From an uncultured Lachnospiraceae bacterium (GTDB taxonomy: Bacteria; Bacillota; Clostridia; Lachnospirales; Lachnospiraceae): a stretch of DNA of 64,000 nucleotides. Under the pieces are notes generated by a model. That model searched no databases. It was not told where the DNA came from and saw only the letters and a program-made list of their open reading frames with translations. Within the stretch, counting starts at the first letter, position 1, and each line of letters starts with the position of its first letter. Below, piece after piece: positions 37,431 to 47,054 of this stretch. The DNA lies in contig CANDAG010000018.1 of assembly GCA_947382625.1 (NCBI GenBank), forward strand, positions 4,881 to 68,880, in the 5' to 3' direction. The position numbers and the translations under genes are program-made.

Positions 37431-40400
37431 ATGGGCGGCAGGATCAGAGAGAATATATATAACCTTTTTACAGTGCTTTTCGCAGGAGCAATAGTGGCCG
37501 CGGGAAGCATTGTTATTTTTGAGACCACCCGGCCAAAGGATCTTCCTGTAAATGAAGAGGATGGATTCTATGAAATCTATACGGCCTATGACTATGAGAG
37601 ATTCTGGCGGAAGGCGGAAAGCCAGGATTTTATTTCCGGCAGGCTGATGGCGGATATTTATCTCAATGATCTCTCTGGCCGTGAGAGCTGGAGAAGGACT
37701 CCGCCCTCAAAGGAAAGCCTGGGGCCGGAAACCTTCCGGGGTGAATTTGACGGAAACGGCCATACCATATACGGTTTATACAGTCCGCAGGGCTATGGTC
37801 TGGTGGAAAAGAATTGGGGGCAGATCTATGATCTGGCCATCCGCAATTCTCTGATCCTGGGGTATGACAATATTGGGGGTATTTGTCAGTGGAATAATGG
37901 TACGATCGAGAACTGTATATTTGAAGGGGAGCTTATGACCAGGGAGGAGGAGCCCGGTGAGGAGAGTAAGATAGCGGGTATCTGCGGGGAAAATGAAGGA
38001 ACCCTTATAAAATGCGGTTATAAGGGGACGATGACCCTGAAGTCAGAATGGCTCTGGAAAGGTATCCGGGCAGGGATCTGTGCCGGGAACCGGGGGATTA
38101 TAGAAGGCTGCTATAACCTTGTAAGGCTGGATCGCAATACTTCCGGGGACTTCTGCTACGCCATTGCGGAGGGCGGGATAAAGGGTTGCTATGTACGGCG
38201 GGATTCCGGCTGGCTGTCTCCCGAAGAGGACAGAGAACAGATCATAGAGCTGGATGAGGAGGAAGCCTTTTATCTTCCGTTTGTGATGAAAAGAGATTTT
38301 TCAGAGTGGTATTCGGACAGGATCACATTCTCGGAATGCATCCGGCAGGGAGAGGAAATAAATGCCGGGCTGAGGAAGGCGGATCGGGACAAGGAGAAAG
38401 AGAGGTCAAAAGAGAGGAAGAAGTCCGCCGGGGATGGCAGTGCAAAAGCAGCTTACGATGTGGCAGAATACGGACTATGGAATCGTCCGGGCGGTGAAGG
38501 GGAAAACGAACGGGAGCAGCAGCTCTGGGCAGGAAGCGTCCGGATCGATGATAGCCATGTCCTGACCAAGGAAGCCCTGGCAGACGCCCGGATCAGCAGC
38601 TTTGTGAGAGAGGCTTTTTGGTGTAAGGGAGAGGGCTGGAGAAACTTAAGACTGGAGGTGCCTTCTCCTTCGGACGATTCGCTGAACGAGAAGGGGCGGA
38701 CGGTCTCGGAGCTGAGGCTTCTGGATACGGAGAACGGGGAGACAGTGGAGATCCATGCTTATTTGCTGGAGAAGGATGCCGTTCCTGCGTATCGGGATGC
38801 CTTTGAAGCAAGAGAAGAAGTCTGGGGAGTTGACGGAGAAAAGCTGTGGGCTGTTTGCGGAGGCCTTCTTGGAGAACAGGGAGAGGCAGACTTTAGCCAC
38901 CACACATGGCAGCTTCTGGAGGGCAGATTTAAGAGGCCGGATGGCAGCTTCGTATTATATCGGACAGAAGAAGGAAAAAGAGGATTCTTTTATCAAAAGG
39001 AGAGAATGCTCTATCAGGTAACAACGGATGACGGATCCTTTGAAACTCTGGAAGAGATGGAGACGGCGATCAGGGAAAACCACGGGCTTTGGGAGTCTTT
39101 GCTTCGGTGCGTCTGGGAAAGCCGGGTTCCCGGGGACGGATTTCTCTGGCATGAGGAAAGGATCAAAAGAAGGGCTTATGCCCAGGCCGGATTTTATGAG
39201 GAAGAGATTCCTGCCATGGAGCAGCTTATGGAGATAGAGAGTCTGGATCTGTATAACTATAATGAAATGGATGTGGAAACCCTGCAGGATCTGCAAAAAT
39301 TCCCCGGACTTAGGAAGCTGAAGCTGTCGGCTTATGATGAGACGGAGCTTACCCTTGTGCAGGATATGGCGCCGAAGCTGGAGGAGCTGTCCATAGAGGG
39401 CATCCCTCTGAAAAAGGAGAATCTGGAGGCCCTGCAGGAGTTTCAGGGACTTAAAAAGCTGCGTCTTGTGGGCTGCGGGCTTAAGTCTCTGGCCTTTCTG
39501 GAAGGCAGGACAGAGCTTGTAAGCCTTATCCTGGACAGAAATGAGATCGAGGACATTTCTCCTGTGGCGGGACTGAAGGATCTGAAAGAGCTTTCTCTGG
39601 CAGAAAATGAGATTGAGGATATTTCTCCTGTAGCGGGACTGAAGGATCTGAAAGAGCTTTCTCTGGCGGAAAATCAGATTCGGGATATCAGTCCTATGGC
39701 AGATCTGAGGGAGATAGAGGTATTACGGATCCCCGGAAACAGAATTGAGGATTATACCCCTCTTTATAATAAGGATAAGCTTTGTATCCTGGCAATAGAG
39801 AATAATCCCGGGCAGGAGATCGGAAAAGCGATTTTTACCCCTCTGTTCAGCGGAGGTAACTACCATCATGAGGAGCAGGAGGCACTTTTGGAAGCTCAGG
39901 ATTTTCTTGACCGTTTTTATCAGGGGAAGGGGATTACGGCGCGGGAGCTGGCAAGAGGAGACTTAAACGGAGACGGCAGGGAGGATGTGGCGGTTACCGG
40001 ACTGTCTCCGGAAACAGAAGAGGAGGAAGGGTGGCAGAAAAGGCATATTTATGTATTCTTAGGGCAGGTGGACGGATCTTTTCGTCCCATAGAACCATTA
40101 GAAACCTTAGGGGTCTATGACGAGGGCGGCGAGTTTGATGATTATCAGGGAATGCTCATCGCAGAGCAGATGCTGGTGATCTGCCTTAGCGGGTACGACT
40201 GCGATACCCGGTGGGACGAGACAGAGACTTATCGTTATCAGGCAGGGAAGCTGGTGGAGGACTGGCAGATGGAGATTGACTGGATCTATGGCGGCGAAGG
40301 CGCAGTGTTTACCCTGTATAATAGAGAGGAAGGGATTTATCAGGACTATGCTATTGCCAGGGACGGAGAGGGACACCGGGAGGCTTTGCTTTTGTCGGAA

Positions 40401-40907
40401 GAATACTCTCTGCAAAAAGGCGATGGAGGAGAGCTTCGGAGAATCCTGGAGGAAGGATTAAAGGAGATAGAAGAAAAAGCCGGATATGTTCTTCCGGAAA
40501 TTTATGACGGTGCCCTGGAGCCTGCGGTTACATTTTGGGAGGAAGAGTCCTACGGGTACAGGATACAAAGCTATCCGGTAAGGATTTCGCCCGCTTTGGC
40601 TCTGGCCCGGGCTGCAGAGGAGCTTTTAGAGGATGCCGTGGCGCTTCCGGTTACCGGTTATACCACTGAAGAGATCAAGGTAAACCATGACCGTCTGGCA
40701 GGAGTGGAGCTGCCGGAGGAATTTTATATAGGATGGATCGAAGAGGCGCCTGTCATGCTGGTCTATGATTCCTGTGAGGCAGACGGAGAGGGCGGTTATG
40801 TCCATTGCTTTACGCTTCGTAAATGTGATGAGGAACATACCCAGTGGTTTTGGGGCGGAAGGATATATTTTTATGAGAATTCGGGTACAATTGTAATAGA
40901 GGAGTAA
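37431..40907 (+). CDS. Membrane-anchored leucine-rich-repeat surface protein
   Basis: N-terminal TM, GLUG-like GGIC..N.G.I..C repeats, 22-aa LRRs, GDLNGDGRED motif. Confidence 0.8.
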   Translation: MGGRIRENIYNLFTVLFAGAIVAAGSIVIFETTRPKDLPVNEEDGFYEIYTAYDYERFWRKAESQDFISGRLMADIYLNDLSGRESWRRTPPSKESLGPETFRGEFDGNGHTIYGLYSPQGYGLVEKNWGQIYDLAIRNSLILGYDNIGGICQWNNGTIENCIFEGELMTREEEPGEESKIAGICGENEGTLIKCGYKGTMTLKSEWLWKGIRAGICAGNRGIIEGCYNLVRLDRNTSGDFCYAIAEGGIKGCYVRRDSGWLSPEEDREQIIELDEEEAFYLPFVMKRDFSEWYSDRITFSECIRQGEEINAGLRKADRDKEKERSKERKKSAGDGSAKAAYDVAEYGLWNRPGGEGENEREQQLWAGSVRIDDSHVLTKEALADARISSFVREAFWCKGEGWRNLRLEVPSPSDDSLNEKGRTVSELRLLDTENGETVEIHAYLLEKDAVPAYRDAFEAREEVWGVDGEKLWAVCGGLLGEQGEADFSHHTWQLLEGRFKRPDGSFVLYRTEEGKRGFFYQKERMLYQVTTDDGSFETLEEMETAIRENHGLWESLLRCVWESRVPGDGFLWHEERIKRRAYAQAGFYEEEIPAMEQLMEIESLDLYNYNEMDVETLQDLQKFPGLRKLKLSAYDETELTLVQDMAPKLEELSIEGIPLKKENLEALQEFQGLKKLRLVGCGLKSLAFLEGRTELVSLILDRNEIEDISPVAGLKDLKELSLAENEIEDISPVAGLKDLKELSLAENQIRDISPMADLREIEVLRIPGNRIEDYTPLYNKDKLCILAIENNPGQEIGKAIFTPLFSGGNYHHEEQEALLEAQDFLDRFYQGKGITARELARGDLNGDGREDVAVTGLSPETEEEEGWQKRHIYVFLGQVDGSFRPIEPLETLGVYDEGGEFDDYQGMLIAEQMLVICLSGYDCDTRWDETETYRYQAGKLVEDWQMEIDWIYGGEGAVFTLYNREEGIYQDYAIARDGEGHREALLLSEEYSLQKGDGGELRRILEEGLKEIEEKAGYVLPEIYDGALEPAVTFWEEESYGYRIQSYPVRISPALALARAAEELLEDAVALPVTGYTTEEIKVNHDRLAGVELPEEFYIGWIEEAPVMLVYDSCEADGEGGYVHCFTLRKCDEEHTQWFWGGRIYFYENSGTIVIEE
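39539..39674 (+). repeat. 66-bp tandem duplication encoding two near-identical LRRs
   Basis: NEIEDISPVAGLKDLKELSLAE occurs twice. Confidence 0.9.
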
Positions 40908-40933
40908 ATCCGGAAAGGATGGAAGAAATCAGG

Positions 40934-41062
40934 ATGGATATTGAGTTGAATCAGGATGAGAACAGAGAAGGCAAAAGACTGCTGGCGGCGGGGAAATATG
41001 TATTATGGGTGCTTATGATCCTGGTGTCGGTTTTTCTGGCGTCAAGGTCACTGATGATGTAG
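40934..41062 (+). CDS. Possible 42-aa membrane peptide
   Basis: MDIELNQDENREGKRLLAAGKYVLWVLMILVSVFLASRSLMM; one TM helix; below the ORF-track cutoff. Confidence 0.4.
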   Translation: MDIELNQDENREGKRLLAAGKYVLWVLMILVSVFLASRSLMM

Positions 41063-41185
41063 GGCAGATTTGGGGTAATTATTCAGCCAGGACTTTGCAC
41101 TTGCTGCAAAGTCCGTGAGAAAGCGTAGATAAAGCCAACAGATTTGGCGAGTCTGTCTGTAAAAAACATGAGGAGGGAAATTGTG

Positions 41186-43195
41186 ATGAGGAAAAAGCAG
41201 CTTGCGATGCTGCTTGTGCTTGCGGCAGTACTGGCAGGATGCGGAAGCACAGGAGAGAAAACGGATATAGACGGTAATGCGGGCCTGGGAACAGAAGCGG
41301 CAGAAGAAGCAGTAGCAGTAGCAGTAGAAGAAGCAGAAGAAGTAGAAGAAACAGAAAAGGCGTCCGGTACGGAGAACGAGGAGAGTGGCTTAGGGCAGGA
41401 GAGTGTGTTGCCGGAGGGCATCTGCCATGGGCAGGCGGTACTGGAGGATGAAGAGGCGTTTTACTGCTGCGGTATGGAGCAGATCCGAAGGATAGAGAAG
41501 ACGGACGGAGAAACCAGTATCCTGTGGGAAAAGAAGGCGGAAGGGAGAGAAAGCTCTTTTTCCATGGAAGGAAACGGGATCCTTCTGGGGGATAACCTTT
41601 ATTTTCTGGAGCAGGGCTGGGAGGAATCTGACGGCAGTTATGGGCGCGGTCTTTCCGTGATAAAGACCGATGGCAGCAGCTATCACAGGGTTACGGAACC
41701 TGAGGACTACCCGGATAGCTTCTACTACTATGACGGCGCACTGTACCTGGAGGAGAACGGGTATGTCAGGGGCTGTCCGGTGACTGCAGAGGGCGATATT
41801 CCGGAGGGAGAGGAAATGCAGGAGGTACATCTTAAGAATGTGCCGGAAGACTGTTATTCCCTGAATCTCTGGCAGGGCGGAAACCGGTATATGGGAGCCT
41901 TTGAGAGCCTTAATACCTTTGGCTGCTATCTCATGGAAAATCAGGATCAGGAGGCGGTGGCGGTCGATCCTGAAACAGGGGAGAAAAGAGTTCTTCCGAC
42001 GAAGGGGAGACTGCAGGCTGTAACCCCGGAGTATTTGTTGTTTTCCGATTACGGAGAGGGGCAGGAGGAACTCTGGCTGCTGGATACGCATATACTGGAT
42101 ACATTGTTATCGGAGGCGGATGCATCAGAGTCTGCCTCGAAAAGTACGGAAGCCTTTGACGGCCGTCTCCTGACTGCTTTTGAAAAAGAAAACTATCAGT
42201 CCGGTATCGTGGTTCTTCATATGGATGAGGATTATGTCTATATTGTGGCCGAAAATCCTACAGGAGACCCGCAGGAGGGCAGTATTTACGAGACGGTCAG
42301 TCTGGAAACCGGAGAGCACAGGGAATTGTTCCGGCTTGAAAGGCAGCCGGGCATGGAGGGAAGCTATCCCTTTTATGCGCGGCGCATGACTTTTATGGAC
42401 GGATATGTCTATTATGCGGATTCACAGGATTACAAAGTGTATCTTATGCGGAGAAGTCTGGAGGATACGGAAAGAGTGGAAACTATCGGCGATGCCTTCT
42501 ATGACAGCGGCATCAGCCAGGTGGGGACAGTGGATAACTATTTTGAGCGGATCTACAGCGAGGTCATGCCGGACTTTGTGCTGTCGGAGATCGACCTGGT
42601 ACGACTTGTGGTGGATGAACGATTTGAAGGAGCCGGGGAGATCAACCGTGTCTTTACGGAAGACCAGAAAGCGATCATCAGCTATGAAAAAAATCCGGAG
42701 GATTTAAAATGGCGGGAAGAGGAGCTTGCCGCCTGTTCAGAGGATGATATCATCCCTTATACCTTAAGCTACAGCTACAGCAGCTATCCTTCGGAAGTTT
42801 TTTATTTTGACGGGGATCGGTTCAGCTTTTTGCAGATGGACTATGATTATACGGGAGGCGCTCACGGCATGCCCTATTGGGAAGGCTATACCTTTGATCT
42901 GCACACAGGGCAAAGACTTCTGCTTTCGGATCTCATAGAAAACAGCGAAGAAGAATTGAAAGAGATTGTGGTCAGATACTTTGACGATTATTTGTCCCAG
43001 GCTCCGGAACGCTTCTGGGAGGACGCCCTGAAGATCGTGGAAGAGAGTACCAGTCTCTCATCTCGTTTCTACCTGACAGAGGAGGGCATTACCTTCTACT
43101 TCGAGCCCTACGCCCTGGCCTCCTACGCCGACGGCTTCCAGGAAGTAACCATCCCCTACGGGGAATTTAAAATGAAGATCACCTCGAATACATGA
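41186..43195 (+). CDS. Lipoprotein with propeller-like region and C-terminal RsiV/DUF3298-like domain
   Basis: LAGC lipobox; YTGGAHG..TFDL.TG..L.L.DL; FYLTEEGITFYFEPYALASYADG. Confidence 0.8.
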   Translation: MRKKQLAMLLVLAAVLAGCGSTGEKTDIDGNAGLGTEAAEEAVAVAVEEAEEVEETEKASGTENEESGLGQESVLPEGICHGQAVLEDEEAFYCCGMEQIRRIEKTDGETSILWEKKAEGRESSFSMEGNGILLGDNLYFLEQGWEESDGSYGRGLSVIKTDGSSYHRVTEPEDYPDSFYYYDGALYLEENGYVRGCPVTAEGDIPEGEEMQEVHLKNVPEDCYSLNLWQGGNRYMGAFESLNTFGCYLMENQDQEAVAVDPETGEKRVLPTKGRLQAVTPEYLLFSDYGEGQEELWLLDTHILDTLLSEADASESASKSTEAFDGRLLTAFEKENYQSGIVVLHMDEDYVYIVAENPTGDPQEGSIYETVSLETGEHRELFRLERQPGMEGSYPFYARRMTFMDGYVYYADSQDYKVYLMRRSLEDTERVETIGDAFYDSGISQVGTVDNYFERIYSEVMPDFVLSEIDLVRLVVDERFEGAGEINRVFTEDQKAIISYEKNPEDLKWREEELAACSEDDIIPYTLSYSYSSYPSEVFYFDGDRFSFLQMDYDYTGGAHGMPYWEGYTFDLHTGQRLLLSDLIENSEEELKEIVVRYFDDYLSQAPERFWEDALKIVEESTSLSSRFYLTEEGITFYFEPYALASYADGFQEVTIPYGEFKMKITSNT

Positions 43196-43204
43196 AGGCG
43201 GGGA

Positions 43205-44452
43205 TCACACCCCGCCTCCCTTTCCTTTGATAAAGTCCCTATACTCCTTAGGCGTCTTCCCGATATATTTCTTAAAGGTCTTGGTAAAGTAATTCACATC
43301 AGGGATGCCGCAGTACTGTGCAATGGTCTGTATCTGCATGGTGGTGGTATTCAGCAAAAAGACCGCGTGCCGGATCCTCTTTTTGTTCACATACTCTGTC
43401 AGCGTGATCCCCATTTCTTTTTTGAACAGTGTAGAAAGGTAACTGGAATTAACATTCAGCAGGTTCGCCTGGGCATTTAGGCTAAGATCGGCAGTGAGAT
43501 CGGAGTCGATCTGGGTCAGCACCTTCTGCACCAGCAGAGAATAGCTCTTCAGGGAATAATTCTGCACCAGAAGACAGTAGTTATGTATCATGTCCCGGCT
43601 TAAGGATTCCAGCGCCTTGGGAGAGACACACACCTCGATCTTCTTTGCATATTGGGAAGAGATATTGTCAATATGCAGAGGATGGACAGAGGCCTGCTCT
43701 GCCGCCTTGCGGAGCAGGGTGTTTAAGATGATGGCATAATTCTTACCGTTCCGCAGAGGGTCGGCCAGGCGCTGCTCCAGCTGCCGGGAAAGAAAGCTGT
43801 TATAGTGGACCATTGCCTTGTGGCTCTGCCCGGTGCTTACGGCTTTCATCAGCTCATTTTCATCGTAATAACGCTTTTCTAATACCTTCATGGACAGGGA
43901 CGGTGCCAGAGGCTTTAAGGAGGTTTTTTCTGTATTTTCGATACGGAGGTCTTCCGATATGGTATCCGGAATGTCCTGGAATGAAAAATTCTCTTCGTTT
44001 CCCCAAAGCTTTATTCCCAGAGTGTAGATCAGAGTAAAAAGCTTGCTTTCATCTATAATAACGGGAACCTCCTGATAAAACTTCTCCAATTGGGGAAGTA
44101 TTTCGGCAGGATAGGAAAACCGGCTGAAAATATCCAGTATAGCCTGCCGGGATATTTCAGTGAGGGTATAAGGGCCGATGATGGCATAAGCCGTCTCTGT
44201 GTCATCAGGAATACGGAAAAAGAGATAATGGCATGAAGAAAAATCCTTCACCCGGTAAATGGAATTGGGGCGGCAGGCTTTTTCAAATCTGCTGTACAGT
44301 TCAATGTAATCAAAATCATGCCGGAAAAGCTGGCGAAGCCCGAAATCGATCAATGAAAAAGGCAGGGCTATCGGACTTTTTAACATCGTGAATGATAAGT
44401 GAAAATTACTCAAAAGTGCTTTTACAAAATTCAGCTCAGCGTCGTATTTCAT
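43205..44452 (-). CDS. AraC-family regulator
   Basis: YLSTLFKKEMG...YFTKTFKKYIGKTPKEYR. Confidence 0.92.
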   Translation of the reverse strand: MKYDAELNFVKALLSNFHLSFTMLKSPIALPFSLIDFGLRQLFRHDFDYIELYSRFEKACRPNSIYRVKDFSSCHYLFFRIPDDTETAYAIIGPYTLTEISRQAILDIFSRFSYPAEILPQLEKFYQEVPVIIDESKLFTLIYTLGIKLWGNEENFSFQDIPDTISEDLRIENTEKTSLKPLAPSLSMKVLEKRYYDENELMKAVSTGQSHKAMVHYNSFLSRQLEQRLADPLRNGKNYAIILNTLLRKAAEQASVHPLHIDNISSQYAKKIEVCVSPKALESLSRDMIHNYCLLVQNYSLKSYSLLVQKVLTQIDSDLTADLSLNAQANLLNVNSSYLSTLFKKEMGITLTEYVNKKRIRHAVFLLNTTTMQIQTIAQYCGIPDVNYFTKTFKKYIGKTPKEYRDFIKGKGGGV

Positions 44453-44842
44453 AGAAATCACCCAGAATAGTTTTTTGGAATATGGTTTGCCATCAGTGAA
44501 AAAAGGAAAGGCCATACAGCCAACCGTCACTTGGTCAATCCTATTTTCGTATATTTTCAGAAAAAAATCAAGTCATCCTAAAAAAAGTTCTATAAATACT
44601 AAAAATCATCACGATATACATAATGTAAGTCTTCGATGCCAAAAATAGTCATAGTTTGGCGAGGGATAAACCGGGGCGGGACAATAGTGATATTATACAA
44701 TAAAAACAGCGCAGAAAGGTTTTTAAAGGGATGAAATGGTTCCTTTTGGGAAAAAGTGCACAAAAATTTGCAAACATAAAAAATATGAAACGATACATAC
44801 ATCACTAAATATAATACTATTTTATGAATATTTAATAATTAT

Positions 44843-44871
44843 TTGACATATATGTACAAAAATGGTATAGT
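44843..44871 (+). promoter_or_regulatory. Sigma-A promoter
   Basis: TTGACA-N17-TATAGT with TG extension. Confidence 0.75.
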
Positions 44872-44925
44872 TTTAGTAGATTGCATTAGAGGAAATAAAC
44901 AACTTTTTAGAGAAGGAGATTTACT

Positions 44926-46410
44926 ATGAAAAATGACACCTCAAAGTATTACGGCGAGAATGGTATCCATCGCGTTCCGCTGTGGCGCATCGGTGGATTT
45001 GCGCTGAACAACTCCGCAACGAACCTGTATCTGTTCTTTATGGGCTATGTTGCCTATTATCTGACAGGCTTTGTTGGGATCGCAGTAGTGGCAGCTTCCA
45101 GCTTTTCCATGATCATGCGTCTCTGGGACGGCGTGACAGATCCTTTTATCGGGTTTGTAGTGGATAAGACCAATGGTAAATTCGGTAAGAACCGTCCGTT
45201 TATGGTGATCGGGCAGGCAATTCTGTGTATTACCAGCTTTATCCTTTTCCATGTGACCCATATGCTTCCCGAGAATACAGCGGTACGTTTTACATTCTTC
45301 GTGATCGTTTCCGCGATTTATTACATTGGTTATACCTTCCAGTGTGTAGTAACGAAATCGGCTCAGACCTGTCTGACCAATGACCCTAAACAGAGACCTC
45401 TGTTCTCTATTTTTGACGGTGTTTATAACACAGTTATCTTTACCGGTCTTGCGATTCTGGTGGCTAATATCAGTGCTAAATATGGCGGAACCTTCTACGA
45501 GGCAGGATTCTTCCATGATTTCTGGGTATTTACCGCAATTGCATCCGCAATCTGTACTGCGATCGCAGTATTCAGTATTGCACCCAAGGACAGAACGGAA
45601 TTCTTTGGAACCGGTAAGCCGATCAAGATTGGTCTGAAGGATTACTGGGAGACCTTAAAGGGAAATCGTGCCATCCAGATGCTGGTGGTATCCGCATCTA
45701 CCGATAAGCTGGCAAGCTCTGCCAGAACCAGTGCCGTAACTGCTGTTATGTTTGGTGTGGTAGCAGGTAACTTTGCACTGTACGGAATTTTAAGCGGTTT
45801 TACATCCATTCCTACCACGATCCTTTTGATCTTGGGAATTGGAACCCTTGCAACTATGCTTGGCCAGAGAAAGGCTATGCTGATCGGTTCCTGGGGCGAG
45901 ATCATTGTATGTGCGCTGCTTTCTGCTTTGTGGCTGTTTGGTAACCCCACCAGCATGGATAACGGCAGCGGCGGACTTGCATTTGGATTCTTTACCATTG
46001 CCTATATCGTACTTACCATAGCAATGGGCGGTTTCCAGGGGATTGCCGGAAATATCGTTATTCCCATGACGGCAGACTGTGCGGACTATGAAGTATATCG
46101 TACCGGTAAGTATGTGCCCGGTATGATGGGTACCTTATTCAGCTTCGTGGATAAGGTGATCTCATCTTTGGCTCCTATGATCGCAGGTTTAATGTTCTCC
46201 GCCATCGGATTTAAGGAGGCTCTTCCTGACGCCAGCACACCTTACAGCACATCCCTGCACTATGTGGGCGTGTTCCTGATGTATGGTATGATCATCCTGG
46301 GATGTCTGTGTAATGTAGTTGCCCTGAAATTCTATCCTCTGACCAAAGAGAAGATGGAGGAAATCCAGGAAGAGATCGCTGCAATCAAGGCTAAAGCTAT
46401 GCAGGAATAA
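44926..46410 (+). CDS. MFS glycoside-pentoside-hexuronide symporter
   Basis: RLWDGVTDPFIG..DKT..KFGKNRPF; ADCADY. Confidence 0.9.
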   Translation: MKNDTSKYYGENGIHRVPLWRIGGFALNNSATNLYLFFMGYVAYYLTGFVGIAVVAASSFSMIMRLWDGVTDPFIGFVVDKTNGKFGKNRPFMVIGQAILCITSFILFHVTHMLPENTAVRFTFFVIVSAIYYIGYTFQCVVTKSAQTCLTNDPKQRPLFSIFDGVYNTVIFTGLAILVANISAKYGGTFYEAGFFHDFWVFTAIASAICTAIAVFSIAPKDRTEFFGTGKPIKIGLKDYWETLKGNRAIQMLVVSASTDKLASSARTSAVTAVMFGVVAGNFALYGILSGFTSIPTTILLILGIGTLATMLGQRKAMLIGSWGEIIVCALLSALWLFGNPTSMDNGSGGLAFGFFTIAYIVLTIAMGGFQGIAGNIVIPMTADCADYEVYRTGKYVPGMMGTLFSFVDKVISSLAPMIAGLMFSAIGFKEALPDASTPYSTSLHYVGVFLMYGMIILGCLCNVVALKFYPLTKEKMEEIQEEIAAIKAKAMQE

Positions 46411-46496
46411 AAGTATCTTGAGGAAATTGGCGTTTCCGGTAAGGAAACACGGGGATTATAGATTATTAGAGAAGGTAATTTATAACATATAAGCTT

Positions 46497-46523
46497 GAGC
46501 GCCGGATATTTCCGGCGCTCTTT
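46497..46523 (+). terminator. Intrinsic terminator
   Basis: GAGCGCCGGA-TATT-TCCGGCGCTC-TTT. Confidence 0.7.
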
Positions 46524-46540
46524 GAAAGGAAAAGGGCAAT

Positions 46541-46918
46541 ATGGGAAAAAAGAACGGACCAAAAGGGAAGAAGAATGATGTAAGCTTTGATGACTATCTG
46601 GCGTTGCAGCAGGAGCTTGACAGAACCCGGAAGGAGTACGGAGTAGAGGTCAAAGAAGGCAGGATATCCAGAATGATCTCCAACTTCTTTGACAAAAGGG
46701 AAAACAGAGAGCCTCAGCCTGTTCTTCGCAAAAAATATCTGCTTCTGGCGCTTTTTACGGGATGGATGGGCGGACATCGCTTCTATGCCAGACAATATCC
46801 TACAGCCATCCTGTATCTTTTGCTTTTCTGGTCGGGCTTTCCTATTGCCATGACATTGATCGATCTGATGGTGGCGATTCCCAAAGAAGCGGATAAAGAC
46901 GGGAAGATATTGATCTGA
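46541..46918 (+). CDS. TM2-domain protein
   Basis: LLLALFTGWMGGHRFY..AILYLLLFWSG. Confidence 0.85.
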   Translation: MGKKNGPKGKKNDVSFDDYLALQQELDRTRKEYGVEVKEGRISRMISNFFDKRENREPQPVLRKKYLLLALFTGWMGGHRFYARQYPTAILYLLLFWSGFPIAMTLIDLMVAIPKEADKDGKILI

Positions 46919-46965
46919 ATACCACAGATTTTGACAGATAAAAATGGGATTTTGTATGTTAATGA

Positions 46966-46996
46966 AAAACGGCACGCCTTTGAAAGCGTGCCGTCT
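46966..46996. terminator. Terminator between convergent genes
   Basis: AAAACGGCACGC-CTTTGAAA-GCGTGCCGT. Confidence 0.7.
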
Positions 46997-47002
46997 GTTG
47001 TT

Positions 47003-47040
47003 AACATAAGGGTGACTGGCAAAGCCTGTCACCCGTTGTT
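47003..47040 (+). repeat. 38-bp hairpin element, type A
   Basis: AACA TAA GGGTGAC T GGC AAA GCC T GTCACCC GT TGTT; GTTGTT also immediately upstream. Confidence 0.9.
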
Positions 47041-47054
47041 TATTATATATTTCT

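Noticed and set aside
41083-41160. Hairpins upstream of the lipoprotein as a c-di-GMP riboswitch
   Set aside because: Required GEMM motifs are not present; more likely a terminator.
41290-41352. GCAGTA/GAAGAA short repeats as a phase-variation tract
   Set aside because: In-frame low-complexity linker; unit changes would not shift the frame.
3256-47040. Hairpin family as integron attC sites or CRISPR repeats
   Set aside because: Too short for attC, no GTTRRRY consensus, no consistent gene-site orientation and no integrase. Copies are dispersed without spacer periodicity and no cas genes are present.
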